From assembly GCA_017547655.1 (NCBI GenBank), contig JAFYPF010000015.1, forward strand, positions 56,922-120,921: a stretch of 64,000 nucleotides of DNA, read 5' to 3'. Both the position numbers and the translations under genes were made by a program. Below the pieces are notes generated by a model. The model saw nothing but the letters and a program-made list of their open reading frames with translations, was not told the origin of the DNA and ran no database searches. Positions 20,365-29,499 of the stretch are shown here, piece after piece (within the stretch, counting starts at the first letter, position 1; each line of letters starts with the position of its first letter). Source of the DNA: Clostridia bacterium (GTDB lineage Bacteria; Bacillota; Clostridia; Oscillospirales; CAG-272).

Positions 20365-21266
20365 GCATTTTCAATATACCATTTTATTTCGTCTTCTATC
20401 CAGTATGCAAATCGGGTATACGGCAAACGACTTTCATGTCCCTTTATTTGCGCATAAAGGGGTGCGCCGTCAACTTGTCCTTCCCATATATCCGCATAAC
20501 AATAATCGTACTCATCACGCTCAACAGTTTTCATAAACTCTATTGCGTCTGCGTGTACAAGCTTTATTTTGTCTCTATGCTCAAACTGTGGCAGAATATA
20601 CTTTTCAAAAAGTATAATTATTTTTTCGCTTATTTCAACAATGGTTATGCTTTTCACTTTTTCAAAATGGGAAATAATATACGGATAATATCCAAGTCCA
20701 AGCCCCAACACAAGACATCTGCCCTCGGCTTTGTCTACGTCTATTTGCATAGAATTAACTTCGGACGGACAAACGCTTACCCAAGGCATATTTCCCTCGT
20801 ATACACTCGGGAAAAACACTCTTTTATTAAAAAATCCAAGTTTTGGAACAACAAGCTCTTCTGATAATTTCGGCATATCATACTGAAAAAACTCGCCTTT
20901 TTCATAACAAGCATTGGTAAGCAAGATATTACCGTTACTGACCGTCGGTACTTTTATATTTTTCAAATACTTATCTTCACAAAAATCACTTTTTTTCAAG
21001 CATTTGGCACTGGCAAACAACTTTTTCAAATAGTCGTCGTCTGCATAATCCCATATATTCAATAAATCACATAGCTTTTTCACTACGAAAAAGGTTTCAA
21101 AATCGCCTTGGTAATATCCCTCTTCAACCAACGCATCAAGTTGCTCTTTGGGATATTTCTTCATTTCTTTCTCAAGCTCTGAAGACGTATAGTTTACTAC
21201 CGGAGGGTTTTCTATTATTTTTTGAGAAATATAACTTGATAGTTTTAAGCTTGCTTCTTTGTTCAT
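20361..21266 (-). CDS. hypothetical protein with a C-terminal spermidine-synthase-like / class I methyltransferase fold
   Basis: The C-terminal half has VLGLGLGYYP...IVEISEKII...LVHADAIEF, resembling the SAM/dcSAM-binding fold. I do not recognise the roughly 170-aa N-terminal part. Confidence 0.45.
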   Translation of the reverse strand: MNKEASLKLSSYISQKIIENPPVVNYTSSELEKEMKKYPKEQLDALVEEGYYQGDFETFFVVKKLCDLLNIWDYADDDYLKKLFASAKCLKKSDFCEDKYLKNIKVPTVSNGNILLTNACYEKGEFFQYDMPKLSEELVVPKLGFFNKRVFFPSVYEGNMPWVSVCPSEVNSMQIDVDKAEGRCLVLGLGLGYYPYIISHFEKVKSITIVEISEKIIILFEKYILPQFEHRDKIKLVHADAIEFMKTVERDEYDYCYADIWEGQVDGAPLYAQIKGHESRLPYTRFAYWIEDEIKWYIENA

Positions 21267-21488
21267 CTGTTCACCTCAATTAAATAATTCCAATTCCAGT
21301 CAAAGAATCGGTTTTGCAATCGGGATCAACGGGGCGAATTATATACAAGATCATTTATAAATCCTCGCAAAAATATTGATGTAATAATTATATCATATAT
21401 AATATCATCAAACAAGCAACCTTTCAAGTTTTTTAAATTTTTTATTAAAAAAAGAGCACTTTTTTTAATTAAAAAAACAAAAAAGCAC

Positions 21489-21517
21489 TTGACATTATCA
21501 AAACAATGTGATAATAT
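21489..21517 (+). promoter_or_regulatory. sigma-A-type promoter upstream of tRNA-Arg
   Basis: TTGACA (21489-21494), a 17-nt spacer, then TAATAT (21512-21517). Confidence 0.55.
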
Positions 21518-21538
21518 AACAAAGTACGAAAAACAAAT

Positions 21539-21614
21539 GCGCTGCTAGCTCAGTGGATAGAGTGCCCGGCTACGAACCGGTAGGTCGCAGGTTCGAATCC
21601 TGCGCGGCGCGCCA
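21539..21614 (+). tRNA. tRNA-Arg (anticodon ACG), CCA encoded
   Basis: Hand-folded. Acceptor GCGCTGC/GCGGCGC. D-arm TAGCTCAGTGGATAGAG. Anticodon stem CCCGG/CCGGT with loop CTACGAA. T-arm GCAGGTTCGAATCCTGC. Confidence 0.9.
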
Positions 21615-21621
21615 TAAAAAC

Positions 21622-21654
21622 AAAAGCACACTTTTTGTGTGCTTTTGTTTTTTG
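21622..21654 (+). terminator. terminator after tRNA-Arg
   Basis: AAAAGCACAC-TTTTT-GTGTGCTTTT followed by GTTTTTTG. Confidence 0.75.
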
Positions 21655-21720
21655 TGTGTGCATATAATAATAAGCTTCCCTTTCCGCTTTGGAAAAGAAA
21701 GCTTATTTTTGTAAATTCGA

Positions 21721-22335
21721 TTAGATACTATTTCCGTTATTGGTATCGTTATAGTCGAAACCGTTGTTGATATCAAACGTTGGCTGTTCGGGCGGTAATT
21801 CGGGGTGTTCTTTTTCATACTTTTTCAATTTGCAATATCCCGATATTCCGCTAATCATAGAAAAGATAATCCAAGCGTGGAATACAATATCCATTATCAT
21901 ATCGGCGCTTACACCACACCATACAAGCATTACACCCGTATCAATCAACATAAGAACCAATCCGCCGATAATACCGGCAACTTTTCTTTTTCTGGCAATA
22001 TACCAGCATACAAGGTATAACAAAACTATAAGCAATGCTGCGCCTATCAAAAACGCAAACATACCATTGTTCATAAAATTGTAATCAGCGATGTTTCCCT
22101 CATAATATTCAGCGGGATATTTCCCGCACAAATACATTCCGAGGTAAAGAAGAAGATACGGAACCCAGGCTGTAAAGAGATAATATGTATCAGATTTTGC
22201 CACTAACAACAAACAGTTAATAAGTGTAAAAACAACCACTAACAAAATACATCTGTATGATGAAGTATATCCCCTTTCATATACCTGTTTTTCGTTTAGC
22301 TGATTTTGATTTTTGTTTCCGAAAAGCTTACCCAT
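21721..22335 (-). CDS. hypothetical 5-6 TM membrane protein
   Basis: Strongly hydrophobic ORF with an Asn/Gln-rich N-terminus and an Asn-rich C-terminal tail. The ATG at 22335 follows AAGGAG. I recognise no family. Confidence 0.5.
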   Translation of the reverse strand: MGKLFGNKNQNQLNEKQVYERGYTSSYRCILLVVVFTLINCLLLVAKSDTYYLFTAWVPYLLLYLGMYLCGKYPAEYYEGNIADYNFMNNGMFAFLIGAALLIVLLYLVCWYIARKRKVAGIIGGLVLMLIDTGVMLVWCGVSADMIMDIVFHAWIIFSMISGISGYCKLKKYEKEHPELPPEQPTFDINNGFDYNDTNNGNSI

Positions 22336-22598
22336 AGTCAATTTCTCCTTGTCTTTCTTTGATTTATTCTAACACTTATTATGACATTTGTCAACAAAAA
22401 ATCCCATTGTAAATATGAATACTTGATTGTATAGACATACAATTTATACACAAATAACGTTGATTAAAAAACGTTTATAAAAGAATATTGCATTCTATTA
22501 TTGTAATATTATGCAAAAATCGGGCAAAGCTCTTGATTTTTCCGGCAAATGATGTTATAGTTATGGTATATAAAAATATATATTGTGAGGTTGACATT

Positions 22599-23441
22599 AT
22601 GAAAAAAATAATCGCATTACTTTTGACGGTTGTACTTTGCACAGCCGTTCTTGCAAGCTGCTCAAGCGCCGCCGAAAAGCAGAGCCTTGAAGCAATCAAG
22701 GAAAAGGGAGAACTCGTTGTTTATACAAACGCAGAATTCCCTCCTTTTGAATATCTTGCAAACGGAGAACCCGCAGGAGTTGATATGGATATTGCCAAGG
22801 CAATCGCTGACGAAATCGGTGTTGAACTCAAGGTTGAAAACGTTAAGTTCGATACAATCATTTCTTCCGTTCAGTCAGGTAAGGCCGCTATGGGTGCTGC
22901 AGGTATCACAGTTACAGAAGAAAGAAAGGAATCCGTTGATTTCTCTATTTCTTACACAACAAGCACACAGTACGTTATTCTTCACGCTGACGTTGAATTT
23001 GCAAACATCACATCTCTCAAGGGAATGAATATTGGTGTTCAGCTCGGTACTACAGGTGACTTTATTATTTCTGATGAAGTAAACGGATACAGCGACGATG
23101 ACGGCAATGCAGTAAAGGGTGTTCTTCAGGATACAGGCGCATCTGTTACTACATACAACAACGCTAACCTTGCTGCTGAAGCTCTCAAGTCAGGCAAGAT
23201 CCAGGCAGTTGTAGTTGACAAACTCCCCGCTGAACTTATCGCCAAGAACAGCGAAGGCAAACTCAAGGCAATTGAGCTTGTTTATGAAGACGGTTCAAAC
23301 ACAGCTGAATCTTATGCAATCTGTGTTGCAAAGGGTAACACAACGCTTCTCGAAGTTATTGACAAGGTTATCAAAGACCTTCTCGACAGCGGAAAGATTG
23401 ACGAATACATCGTTACACACACAACAAACGCTCTCGCATAA
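22599..23441 (+). CDS. amino-acid ABC transporter substrate-binding lipoprotein (operon 2)
   Basis: Signal peptide plus lipobox LASCSS and a family-3 SBP pattern (FPPFEY, VDMDIAKAIA, AAGITVT). The ATG at 22599 follows GAGG. Confidence 0.88.
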   Translation: MKKIIALLLTVVLCTAVLASCSSAAEKQSLEAIKEKGELVVYTNAEFPPFEYLANGEPAGVDMDIAKAIADEIGVELKVENVKFDTIISSVQSGKAAMGAAGITVTEERKESVDFSISYTTSTQYVILHADVEFANITSLKGMNIGVQLGTTGDFIISDEVNGYSDDDGNAVKGVLQDTGASVTTYNNANLAAEALKSGKIQAVVVDKLPAELIAKNSEGKLKAIELVYEDGSNTAESYAICVAKGNTTLLEVIDKVIKDLLDSGKIDEYIVTHTTNALA

Positions 23442-23469
23442 GTTTTAGATTAAAGTTAATAACGTTACT

Positions 23470-23501
23470 ACTCTCCCCCGCTATTTATGCGGCGGGAGAG
23501 T
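23470..23501 (+). promoter_or_regulatory. intra-operon GC-rich hairpin after the binding-protein gene
   Basis: ACTCTCCCCCGC...GCGGCGGGAGAGT stem between the SBP and permease genes, with no clear T-run. Likely an mRNA-stabilising or attenuating element. Confidence 0.5.
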
Positions 23502-23548
23502 AAGTATTCTAAATTCATTTTTATTTTTACTAAAAAGGTATTTGAATT

Positions 23549-24247
23549 ATGCAATTTTTTGAATCGATAGCTCAACAATTCAACAAAACGTTTATTGTTG
23601 ACGACCGATATATGTACTTCCTTAAGGGTTTGCAAAACACAATAATAACTGCACTTGCAGCGACATTAATGGGTATTATAATCGGTATTATCATTGCAAT
23701 TATAAAAGTGTTACATAAGAAAACGGGCAAACTGAAAATCCTTAATGGAATTTTTGAATTATACACGACCGTAATCAGAGGTACCCCTGTTGTTTTACAG
23801 CTTTTGATTTCATATAACCTTATTTTCGTTTTCTCAAACAATGCCGTAATGATTGGTATTATTGCATTCGGTATAAATTCGGGCGCCTACGTTTCCGAGA
23901 TTATCAGAGCCGGAATTATGGCAGTTGACGACGGACAGACGGAAGCAGGACGTTCGCTTGGACTTTCACAGCTTCAAACAATGAGACTTATAGTTTTACC
24001 TCAGGCTTTCAAAAACGTTCTCCCCGCTTTGGGTAACGAATTTATCGCGCTTTTGAAAGAAACGTCAGTTATCGGTTACCTCGGTGTTATGGACTTGACG
24101 AAGGCGGCAGAATCGGTTATCAGCCGTACCGCAAATGTATACTTCCCTTATTTGACGATAGCAATAATTTATCTTATAATGGTTCACGGCTTATCAAAGC
24201 TGTTCAATATGCTCGAAAGGAGATTTGCGCAAAGTGATAGAAGTTAA
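23549..24247 (+). CDS. polar amino-acid ABC transporter permease (operon 2)
   Basis: 232-aa HisM/GlnP-type permease ([22 protein letters not shown]). Confidence 0.88.
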   Translation: MQFFESIAQQFNKTFIVDDRYMYFLKGLQNTIITALAATLMGIIIGIIIAIIKVLHKKTGKLKILNGIFELYTTVIRGTPVVLQLLISYNLIFVFSNNAVMIGIIAFGINSGAYVSEIIRAGIMAVDDGQTEAGRSLGLSQLQTMRLIVLPQAFKNVLPALGNEFIALLKETSVIGYLGVMDLTKAAESVISRTANVYFPYLTIAIIYLIMVHGLSKLFNMLERRFAQSDRS

Positions 24248-24956
24248 GAACTTATGTAAATCCTTCAGCAAAAACAACGTCTTAAAGAATATCGACTATA
24301 AGATAGAAAAAGGCGAAAAGATTGTTATTGTCGGTCCCTCGGGCTCCGGTAAAAGTACGTTTTTGCGTTGCTTGAATCTTCTTGAAGTTCCAACATCAGG
24401 AGAAATTTGGTTTGAGGGAATACAAATAAACTCAAAGGCAACAAAAATTGATACTATTAGACAAAAGATGGGTATGGTTTTCCAACAGTTTAATCTTTTC
24501 AACAACAAAAACATACTCGACAACATTACTCTTGCCCCTACGACCTTAAAGCTTCAGACGAAAGATGAAGCCGAAGCAAAGGCTATGGCACTCCTTGAAA
24601 GAATCGGACTTGCAGACAAAGCCAAAGCATATCCCTCACAGCTTTCGGGTGGTCAGAAACAACGTGTAGCCATTGTAAGGGCGTTGGCTATGAACCCCGA
24701 CGTAATGCTGTTTGACGAGCCCACCTCGGCGCTTGATCCGGAAATGGTAGGCGAAGTTTTACAACTTATGACAGAACTGGCAGACGACGGTATGACTATG
24801 GTAGTCGTTACCCACGAAATGGGATTTGCAAGAGAGGTCGGAACGAAGATTTTGTTTATGGACGAAGGAAAGATTATGGAAGAAGCGTCCCCACAAGAAT
24901 TCTTCAGCAATCCCAAGCACCCCAGACTTCAGGATTTTCTTTCAAAAGTATTATAA
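24225..24956 (+). CDS. polar amino-acid ABC transporter ATP-binding protein (operon 2)
   Basis: Walker [10 protein letters not shown], signature LSGGQKQR, Walker [12 protein letters not shown]. The start is ambiguous (TTG at 24225 or GTG at 24234). Confidence 0.9.
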   Translation: MRKVIEVKNLCKSFSKNNVLKNIDYKIEKGEKIVIVGPSGSGKSTFLRCLNLLEVPTSGEIWFEGIQINSKATKIDTIRQKMGMVFQQFNLFNNKNILDNITLAPTTLKLQTKDEAEAKAMALLERIGLADKAKAYPSQLSGGQKQRVAIVRALAMNPDVMLFDEPTSALDPEMVGEVLQLMTELADDGMTMVVVTHEMGFAREVGTKILFMDEGKIMEEASPQEFFSNPKHPRLQDFLSKVL

Positions 24957-24959
24957 CCA

Positions 24960-24992
24960 AATGGGATAGGGCTGTACCCCTATCCCATTATT
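24960..24992 (+). terminator. hairpin terminator after ABC operon 2
   Basis: AATGGGATAGGG...CCCTATCCCATT stem; the T-run is weak. Confidence 0.55.
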
Positions 24993-24999
24993 GTATACA

Positions 25000-25027
25000 A
25001 ACCAAAAGCCCACCGTTTGGTGGGCTT
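25000..25027 (-). terminator. terminator after the prs-like gene
   Basis: AAGCCCACC-AAAC-GGTGGGCTT followed on the minus strand by TTTGGTTTG. Confidence 0.65.
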
Positions 25028-25034
25028 ATATTAT

Positions 25035-26135
25035 TTATTTCATCTTATCGAGAAGATTATGAATTCTGTTTACGGGGTTAAGGAGCTCACTGATAGTTGC
25101 ATCGTGATTGAGTGTATCAATAAGCATAGCTACGTACTTGCACATATTAACCTCACGGTACCAAGGTTTCTCAAGAAGCTCGGGTTTTCTGTAATTAAGG
25201 TTGGTTGTAAAGATTTTGGTAATGATACCATTTTTGTATGCTTCATCAAACTTTTCAAAACCATTGCAGAAAAGACCAAACGTTGCAAATACAAATACTC
25301 TTTTTGCCCCTTTTGCTTTAAGTTGAGCCGCAACATCGAACATAGAGTCACCCGATGAAATCATATCGTCAACTACGATAACGTCTTTACCCTCAACTGA
25401 CTTGCCAAGATATTCATGCGCTTCAATGGGGTTTCTGCCGTCAACGACTCTTGTATAATCACGTCTCTTATAGAACATACCGAGGTCAAGACCGATTACA
25501 GAAGAATAATACATACTTCTGCTCATCGCACCTTCGTCGGGAGAAATCATTACCACGTGTTCTTTGTCAAGAATAATATCGGGCACTTCTTTTACGATTG
25601 CCTTTATCATTTGGTATGTAGACTGAACACTGTCAAAACCGTGATTAGGTATAGCATTCTGCACTCTTGCATCGTGAGCGTCAAAAGTAATTATATTTGT
25701 TACGCCCATATTTACGAGTTCTTGAAGAGCTACTGCGCAGTCAAGCGATTCTCTTGCCGCTCTCTTGTGCTGTCTGCCCTCATAAAGCATAGGAATAATA
25801 ACGGAAAGTCTGCGCGCTTTACCTGCAATAGCACCAATAACTCTCTTTATATCCTGAAAATGATCGTCAGGACTCATAGGTACGACCATATCATACATTT
25901 TATAAGTTACGCCATAATTGAACACGTCTGCAATAATAAACACATCGTGTCCGCGAAGGCTGTGATTTAAATGACATTTAGCCTCACCCGTACCAAATCT
26001 CGGACAGTCTGCGTTAATAACGAAAGAATCGTCTGTGTTTCTCCATTGCTTAAGATAATAGTCTACGTTTCCGGCGAATTCTTCTCCGCCTCTCATACTG
26101 ATTACACTAAGCTCACCAAAAATATTATCTTTCAT
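25035..26135 (-). CDS. ribose-phosphate pyrophosphokinase family protein (long, divergent paralogue)
   Basis: PRPP-binding loop VIVVDDMISSGDS. The N-terminal Prs-like domain has HDVFIIAD and MLYEGRQHKR. At 366 aa it is longer than a canonical Prs (about 315 aa). Confidence 0.75.
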   Translation of the reverse strand: MKDNIFGELSVISMRGGEEFAGNVDYYLKQWRNTDDSFVINADCPRFGTGEAKCHLNHSLRGHDVFIIADVFNYGVTYKMYDMVVPMSPDDHFQDIKRVIGAIAGKARRLSVIIPMLYEGRQHKRAARESLDCAVALQELVNMGVTNIITFDAHDARVQNAIPNHGFDSVQSTYQMIKAIVKEVPDIILDKEHVVMISPDEGAMSRSMYYSSVIGLDLGMFYKRRDYTRVVDGRNPIEAHEYLGKSVEGKDVIVVDDMISSGDSMFDVAAQLKAKGAKRVFVFATFGLFCNGFEKFDEAYKNGIITKIFTTNLNYRKPELLEKPWYREVNMCKYVAMLIDTLNHDATISELLNPVNRIHNLLDKMK

Positions 26136-26516
26136 ACTTTCCCCCATAACACTTTTTTGACATTTTACTGCAACATTAACAATCTTTTTTTATATTATAA
26201 CATACTTTTTTTCAAATTAAAATACACTTTTCTAATTTTTTCTCAACTTTTTATAATTTTTTTCAATAAATATATTTTTGCGCTTATAATAATCAAAAAC
26301 TTGTACTATTTTTCCTATATATTATTGAATTATTACTTTTATTATGTTACAATAACTTTATGTAGATATAATAATGACGATTTTTTATACTCAATCGAAA
26401 AAGCCTACACCGCTTCCCTATTGATATCATATAACGAAAATAAACATATAGAAAAAAACACCTCTTAAAAAATTTGTTGCTAATATTTCAATTAACTAAT
26501 AAAAAAGGAGTACTCT

Positions 26517-28409
26517 ATGAACATTAAACTTATTGGTCTGAAAGATGAGCTTACCACCGGTGCCGGTATTCTTGCTGATTATATGGGCATAACCCTCGGT
26601 GACGGAGGATATGAATTTACCGTTACCCAAAAGGGCGGCTGCAACCTCGTTGTAACACTCGAAAACAAAAAAGGTACTATTATTTACGCTGAAAAATGCC
26701 ACTTTTTCAGGGCATTTGGCCTTGCTGTAGAACATATAAAAGACGGTGAAGAAAGTTTTAAACTTGAAGAAGTTCCACAATTTGAGATGAACGGTCCTAT
26801 GTTTGACGTTGCTCAAGGTAATTCGGCATTTAACGTAAAAACTATGAAAGAGATTATCAAGCAGTTGGCTCTTATGGGACTTAATACCCTTATGCTTTAT
26901 GCTGAAGACACCTTTGAAGTAAAAGAACAACCCTATTTTGGTTATATGAGAGCAAGATATTCCGAGGAAGAAATGAGAGAACTTGATGATTATGCATATA
27001 ATCTCGGAATTGAAATGATTCCTTGTATCCAGACTCTCGCTCATATGCCCGATACACTCCGTTGGAAATGCTTCCATAACATCAGAGATTACGAAGAATG
27101 TTTGCTTGTTGGCAAACCCGAAACATATAAGTTTGTAAGAGATATTATCACCGCCGCTTCCCGTCCTTTCAGAACAAAAAAGATTCATATCGGTATGGAC
27201 GAAGCTTGGAAGCTCGGAAGAGGTAAGTACATAGACACATTTGGTTACAAGCCCGCTATTGAAATTATGAAAGAGCATTTGGCAAAGGTTATGGAAATTG
27301 TTGATGACCTCGGACTTGAACCCATGATGTGGGACGATATGTTCTTCCGTACTGCCGGTAATAAAGAATATTATCAGCCAAATATAGTATTTCCGCAGTC
27401 TACAATCGACATGGTTCCCAAAAATATGGCTTGTATCTATTGGGAATACTACAAAATTACTCAACAAGAGTATGAAAATGCCATTCCTACGCACCAACAG
27501 CTTACCGACAACGTAATTTTCGCAGGCGGTATCTGGACTTGGGTAGGCTATAGTCTTGCGTGGTTTAAGACAAAGGTTTCAACCGAATGTGGGCTTAATG
27601 CTTGTAAAAAGAAAGGCATTAAAAAAGTATTTATGACAACTTGGGGTGACAACGGTACGGAATGTCTTATGACAACCAACCTTATCGGATGTCAACTCTA
27701 TGCTGAACATGGATATGCAGATGAAATAGACTACGATAAATTTGCCAAGAGATTTAAGTTTATCTGCGGCGCAAACGTTGAAGATTTTGTTTTACTTGAA
27801 AGACTTGACAGAACCCCGAATTTGGAACATATGGTTGACTCTTCGAGATATAACTCCTCTAAATTTCTTATGTGGCAAGATATCCTTACCGGCCTTGCTG
27901 ACTACAATATTAGAGATGTTGAGCTTGACGCACACTATGCCAAGCTTGCAGAAGAACTACAGGCAGCAATCGGCAGAAACGGACAATATGATAATGTAAT
28001 CGAATTCAGCTACCATGCCGCTAACGTTCTTGCAAAGAAATCTCAAATGGGACTCCGCCTTACAGCTGCTTACAGAGAAAACGACAAAGAAGCTCTTAAG
28101 AATTTTGCAGACGTTGAGCTTCCAGATCTTATTAACAGATTTAACGGACTTTGGGAATGTCACCGAACAAACTGGTTTAAAATTTACAAAGCCTTCGGCT
28201 GGGATATTATGGATATGCGTTACGCTTCCATTGTCGGCAGAATTAAGAGCGCGATTGTAGAAATAAATCAGTATCTTAACGGAGAATTGGAAGCAATTGA
28301 AGAGCTTGAAGAAAAGAGACTTCCTTTCCACGGATTAAAAGGACCTATTCCCTATATGAATTTCTACGCACAGGTTGTTTCCCCTTCAAGAATTGCACCC
28401 GAGGCGTAA
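26517..28409 (+). CDS. glycoside hydrolase, probably family 20 beta-N-acetylhexosaminidase-like (cytoplasmic)
   Basis: 630 aa with no signal peptide. KIHIGMDEAW fits the GH20 H-x-G-x-D-E catalytic motif in a TIM-barrel-like region (LMLYAEDTF, IPCIQTLAHM). Confidence 0.55.
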   Translation: MNIKLIGLKDELTTGAGILADYMGITLGDGGYEFTVTQKGGCNLVVTLENKKGTIIYAEKCHFFRAFGLAVEHIKDGEESFKLEEVPQFEMNGPMFDVAQGNSAFNVKTMKEIIKQLALMGLNTLMLYAEDTFEVKEQPYFGYMRARYSEEEMRELDDYAYNLGIEMIPCIQTLAHMPDTLRWKCFHNIRDYEECLLVGKPETYKFVRDIITAASRPFRTKKIHIGMDEAWKLGRGKYIDTFGYKPAIEIMKEHLAKVMEIVDDLGLEPMMWDDMFFRTAGNKEYYQPNIVFPQSTIDMVPKNMACIYWEYYKITQQEYENAIPTHQQLTDNVIFAGGIWTWVGYSLAWFKTKVSTECGLNACKKKGIKKVFMTTWGDNGTECLMTTNLIGCQLYAEHGYADEIDYDKFAKRFKFICGANVEDFVLLERLDRTPNLEHMVDSSRYNSSKFLMWQDILTGLADYNIRDVELDAHYAKLAEELQAAIGRNGQYDNVIEFSYHAANVLAKKSQMGLRLTAAYRENDKEALKNFADVELPDLINRFNGLWECHRTNWFKIYKAFGWDIMDMRYASIVGRIKSAIVEINQYLNGELEAIEELEEKRLPFHGLKGPIPYMNFYAQVVSPSRIAPEA

Positions 28410-28424
28410 AAACCGTATATTCAA

Positions 28425-28457
28425 AAAATGCACACAAAATCGTGTGCATTTTTTTAT
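28425..28457 (+). terminator. terminator after the GH20-like gene
   Basis: AAAATGCACAC...GTGTGCATTTT followed by a T-run. Confidence 0.75.
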
Positions 28458-28480
28458 CAGTTTACTTTTCAATATATCCT

Positions 28481-29003
28481 ATTAATCAATTACGAGTTTA
28501 CCGAATAATCCGTTTTAAATCCATGTGCGCCAACCGCCACGTATGAGAGTAAATCGGAAAGATATCGATAATTTTCGGGATAAAGCATTTCGTCTGCACA
28601 AGAAAAAACCAAAGTTTCTTAATGCTGCAAGATGAAGCTCACGGATTGCTACAATTCCTTTATACATATCAGGCTTTGCCTCGGGATCTGGTTGGTGTAA
28701 CATTCCCTTATACCCCTGCCCTGTAGTTCTGGGCTTGTTCGTATATATTCTCGGAATAATAACGATTTTATCCGATACCTGTTCTTCAATCCTACGAAGT
28801 TTTGATATATATTCCAATACTGGTTCGCTATGATCGGCAGAGCAAGGTCCGATAATAAGAATAAACTTATCAGACCTTCCGTCAAAAACAGCTCTGATAT
28901 TTTCATCACGTTCAGCTTTTAATTGTTTCATTTTTTCTGTCAAAGGATACTCTTGCTTTACTTCTTGGGGAACAGGGAGTCTCCTGTGAAAATTCATTTG
29001 CAT
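28481..29003 (-). pseudogene. 3-deoxy-7-phosphoheptulose (DAHP) synthase remnant, frameshifted and 3'-truncated
   Basis: The N-terminal part matches clostridial class-I DAHP synthases (IIGPCSADH, IPRIYTNKPRTTG, GMLHQPDP). After AIRELHLAALR the homologous sequence continues in another frame (ETLVFSCADEMLYPENYRYLSDLLSYVAVGA). It then ends at a stop after about 190 of an expected roughly 340 codons. Confidence 0.7.
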
Positions 29004-29070
29004 GTGTTTTACCTCACTAATTACAATTATTTTATTACTTTCAATCAAAAACTAAAAAATAGATTAGAAC

Positions 29071-29350
29071 AAAAAATCCTCTGCATTCCGATAAGGAATA
29101 CAGAGGACGAGAAAATCTTTAATCCCGTGGTACCACCTCAGTTCGTTACTATCTCACGACAGCAACCTTTTTAGGTACAAATATACCTTAGTTCTATGAC
29201 GGGAACGCCCGTTACATCCTACTATAGATAAATCTCTAATTCAGCGTACTGCTAACAGAATGAATTCAGAGGGACGTCCTCTTTGCCTCGCACCAACCGG
29301 CAACTCTCTCCAGATTTTTTCCAACCTACTAGTTTCTGCTCTTCGCATTT
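29071..29350 (-). promoter_or_regulatory. T-box riboswitch leader, probable Phe (UUC) specifier, with intrinsic terminator
   Basis: Minus-strand reading. Stem I has UGCGAAGAGCAGAA...AGUA. There is an AG-bay GGAGAGAG and a distal-loop GGUUGGUGCGAGG. The specifier loop reads GAA-UUC-A immediately before UUCUG, which closes the lower stem. The T-box sequence is AACUGAGGUGGUACCACGGG. The terminator is UCCUCUGUAUUCC...GGAAUGCAGAGGA plus U6. Confidence 0.8.
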
Positions 29351-29440
29351 AGTGTTACACTTTATTTGATTGTGTTCATCATTTTATCACTTTGACCTAC
29401 AAAAGCCAAGTGTTTTTTCCTAAATATTCAAAATTTTTGC

Positions 29441-29482
29441 ACACAAAAATATGCCCTCCATAAACCAAAAAGCTTTGGAGGG
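29441..29482 (-). terminator. terminator after the BMP-type ABC operon
   Basis: CCCTCCA...TGGAGGG stem followed on the minus strand by CATATTTTTGT. Confidence 0.6.
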
Positions 29483-29499
29483 ATATTTTATTTTATATT

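Noticed and set aside
21570-21818. An 82-aa ORF overlapping tRNA-Arg and its terminator
   Set aside because: It is antisense to a well-folded tRNA and therefore spurious.
26496-27497. A 333-aa minus-strand ORF overlapping the GH20-like gene
   Set aside because: It is a low-complexity Phe/Ile/Asn-rich translation with no RBS. The plus-strand frame has clear enzyme motifs and a strong RBS.
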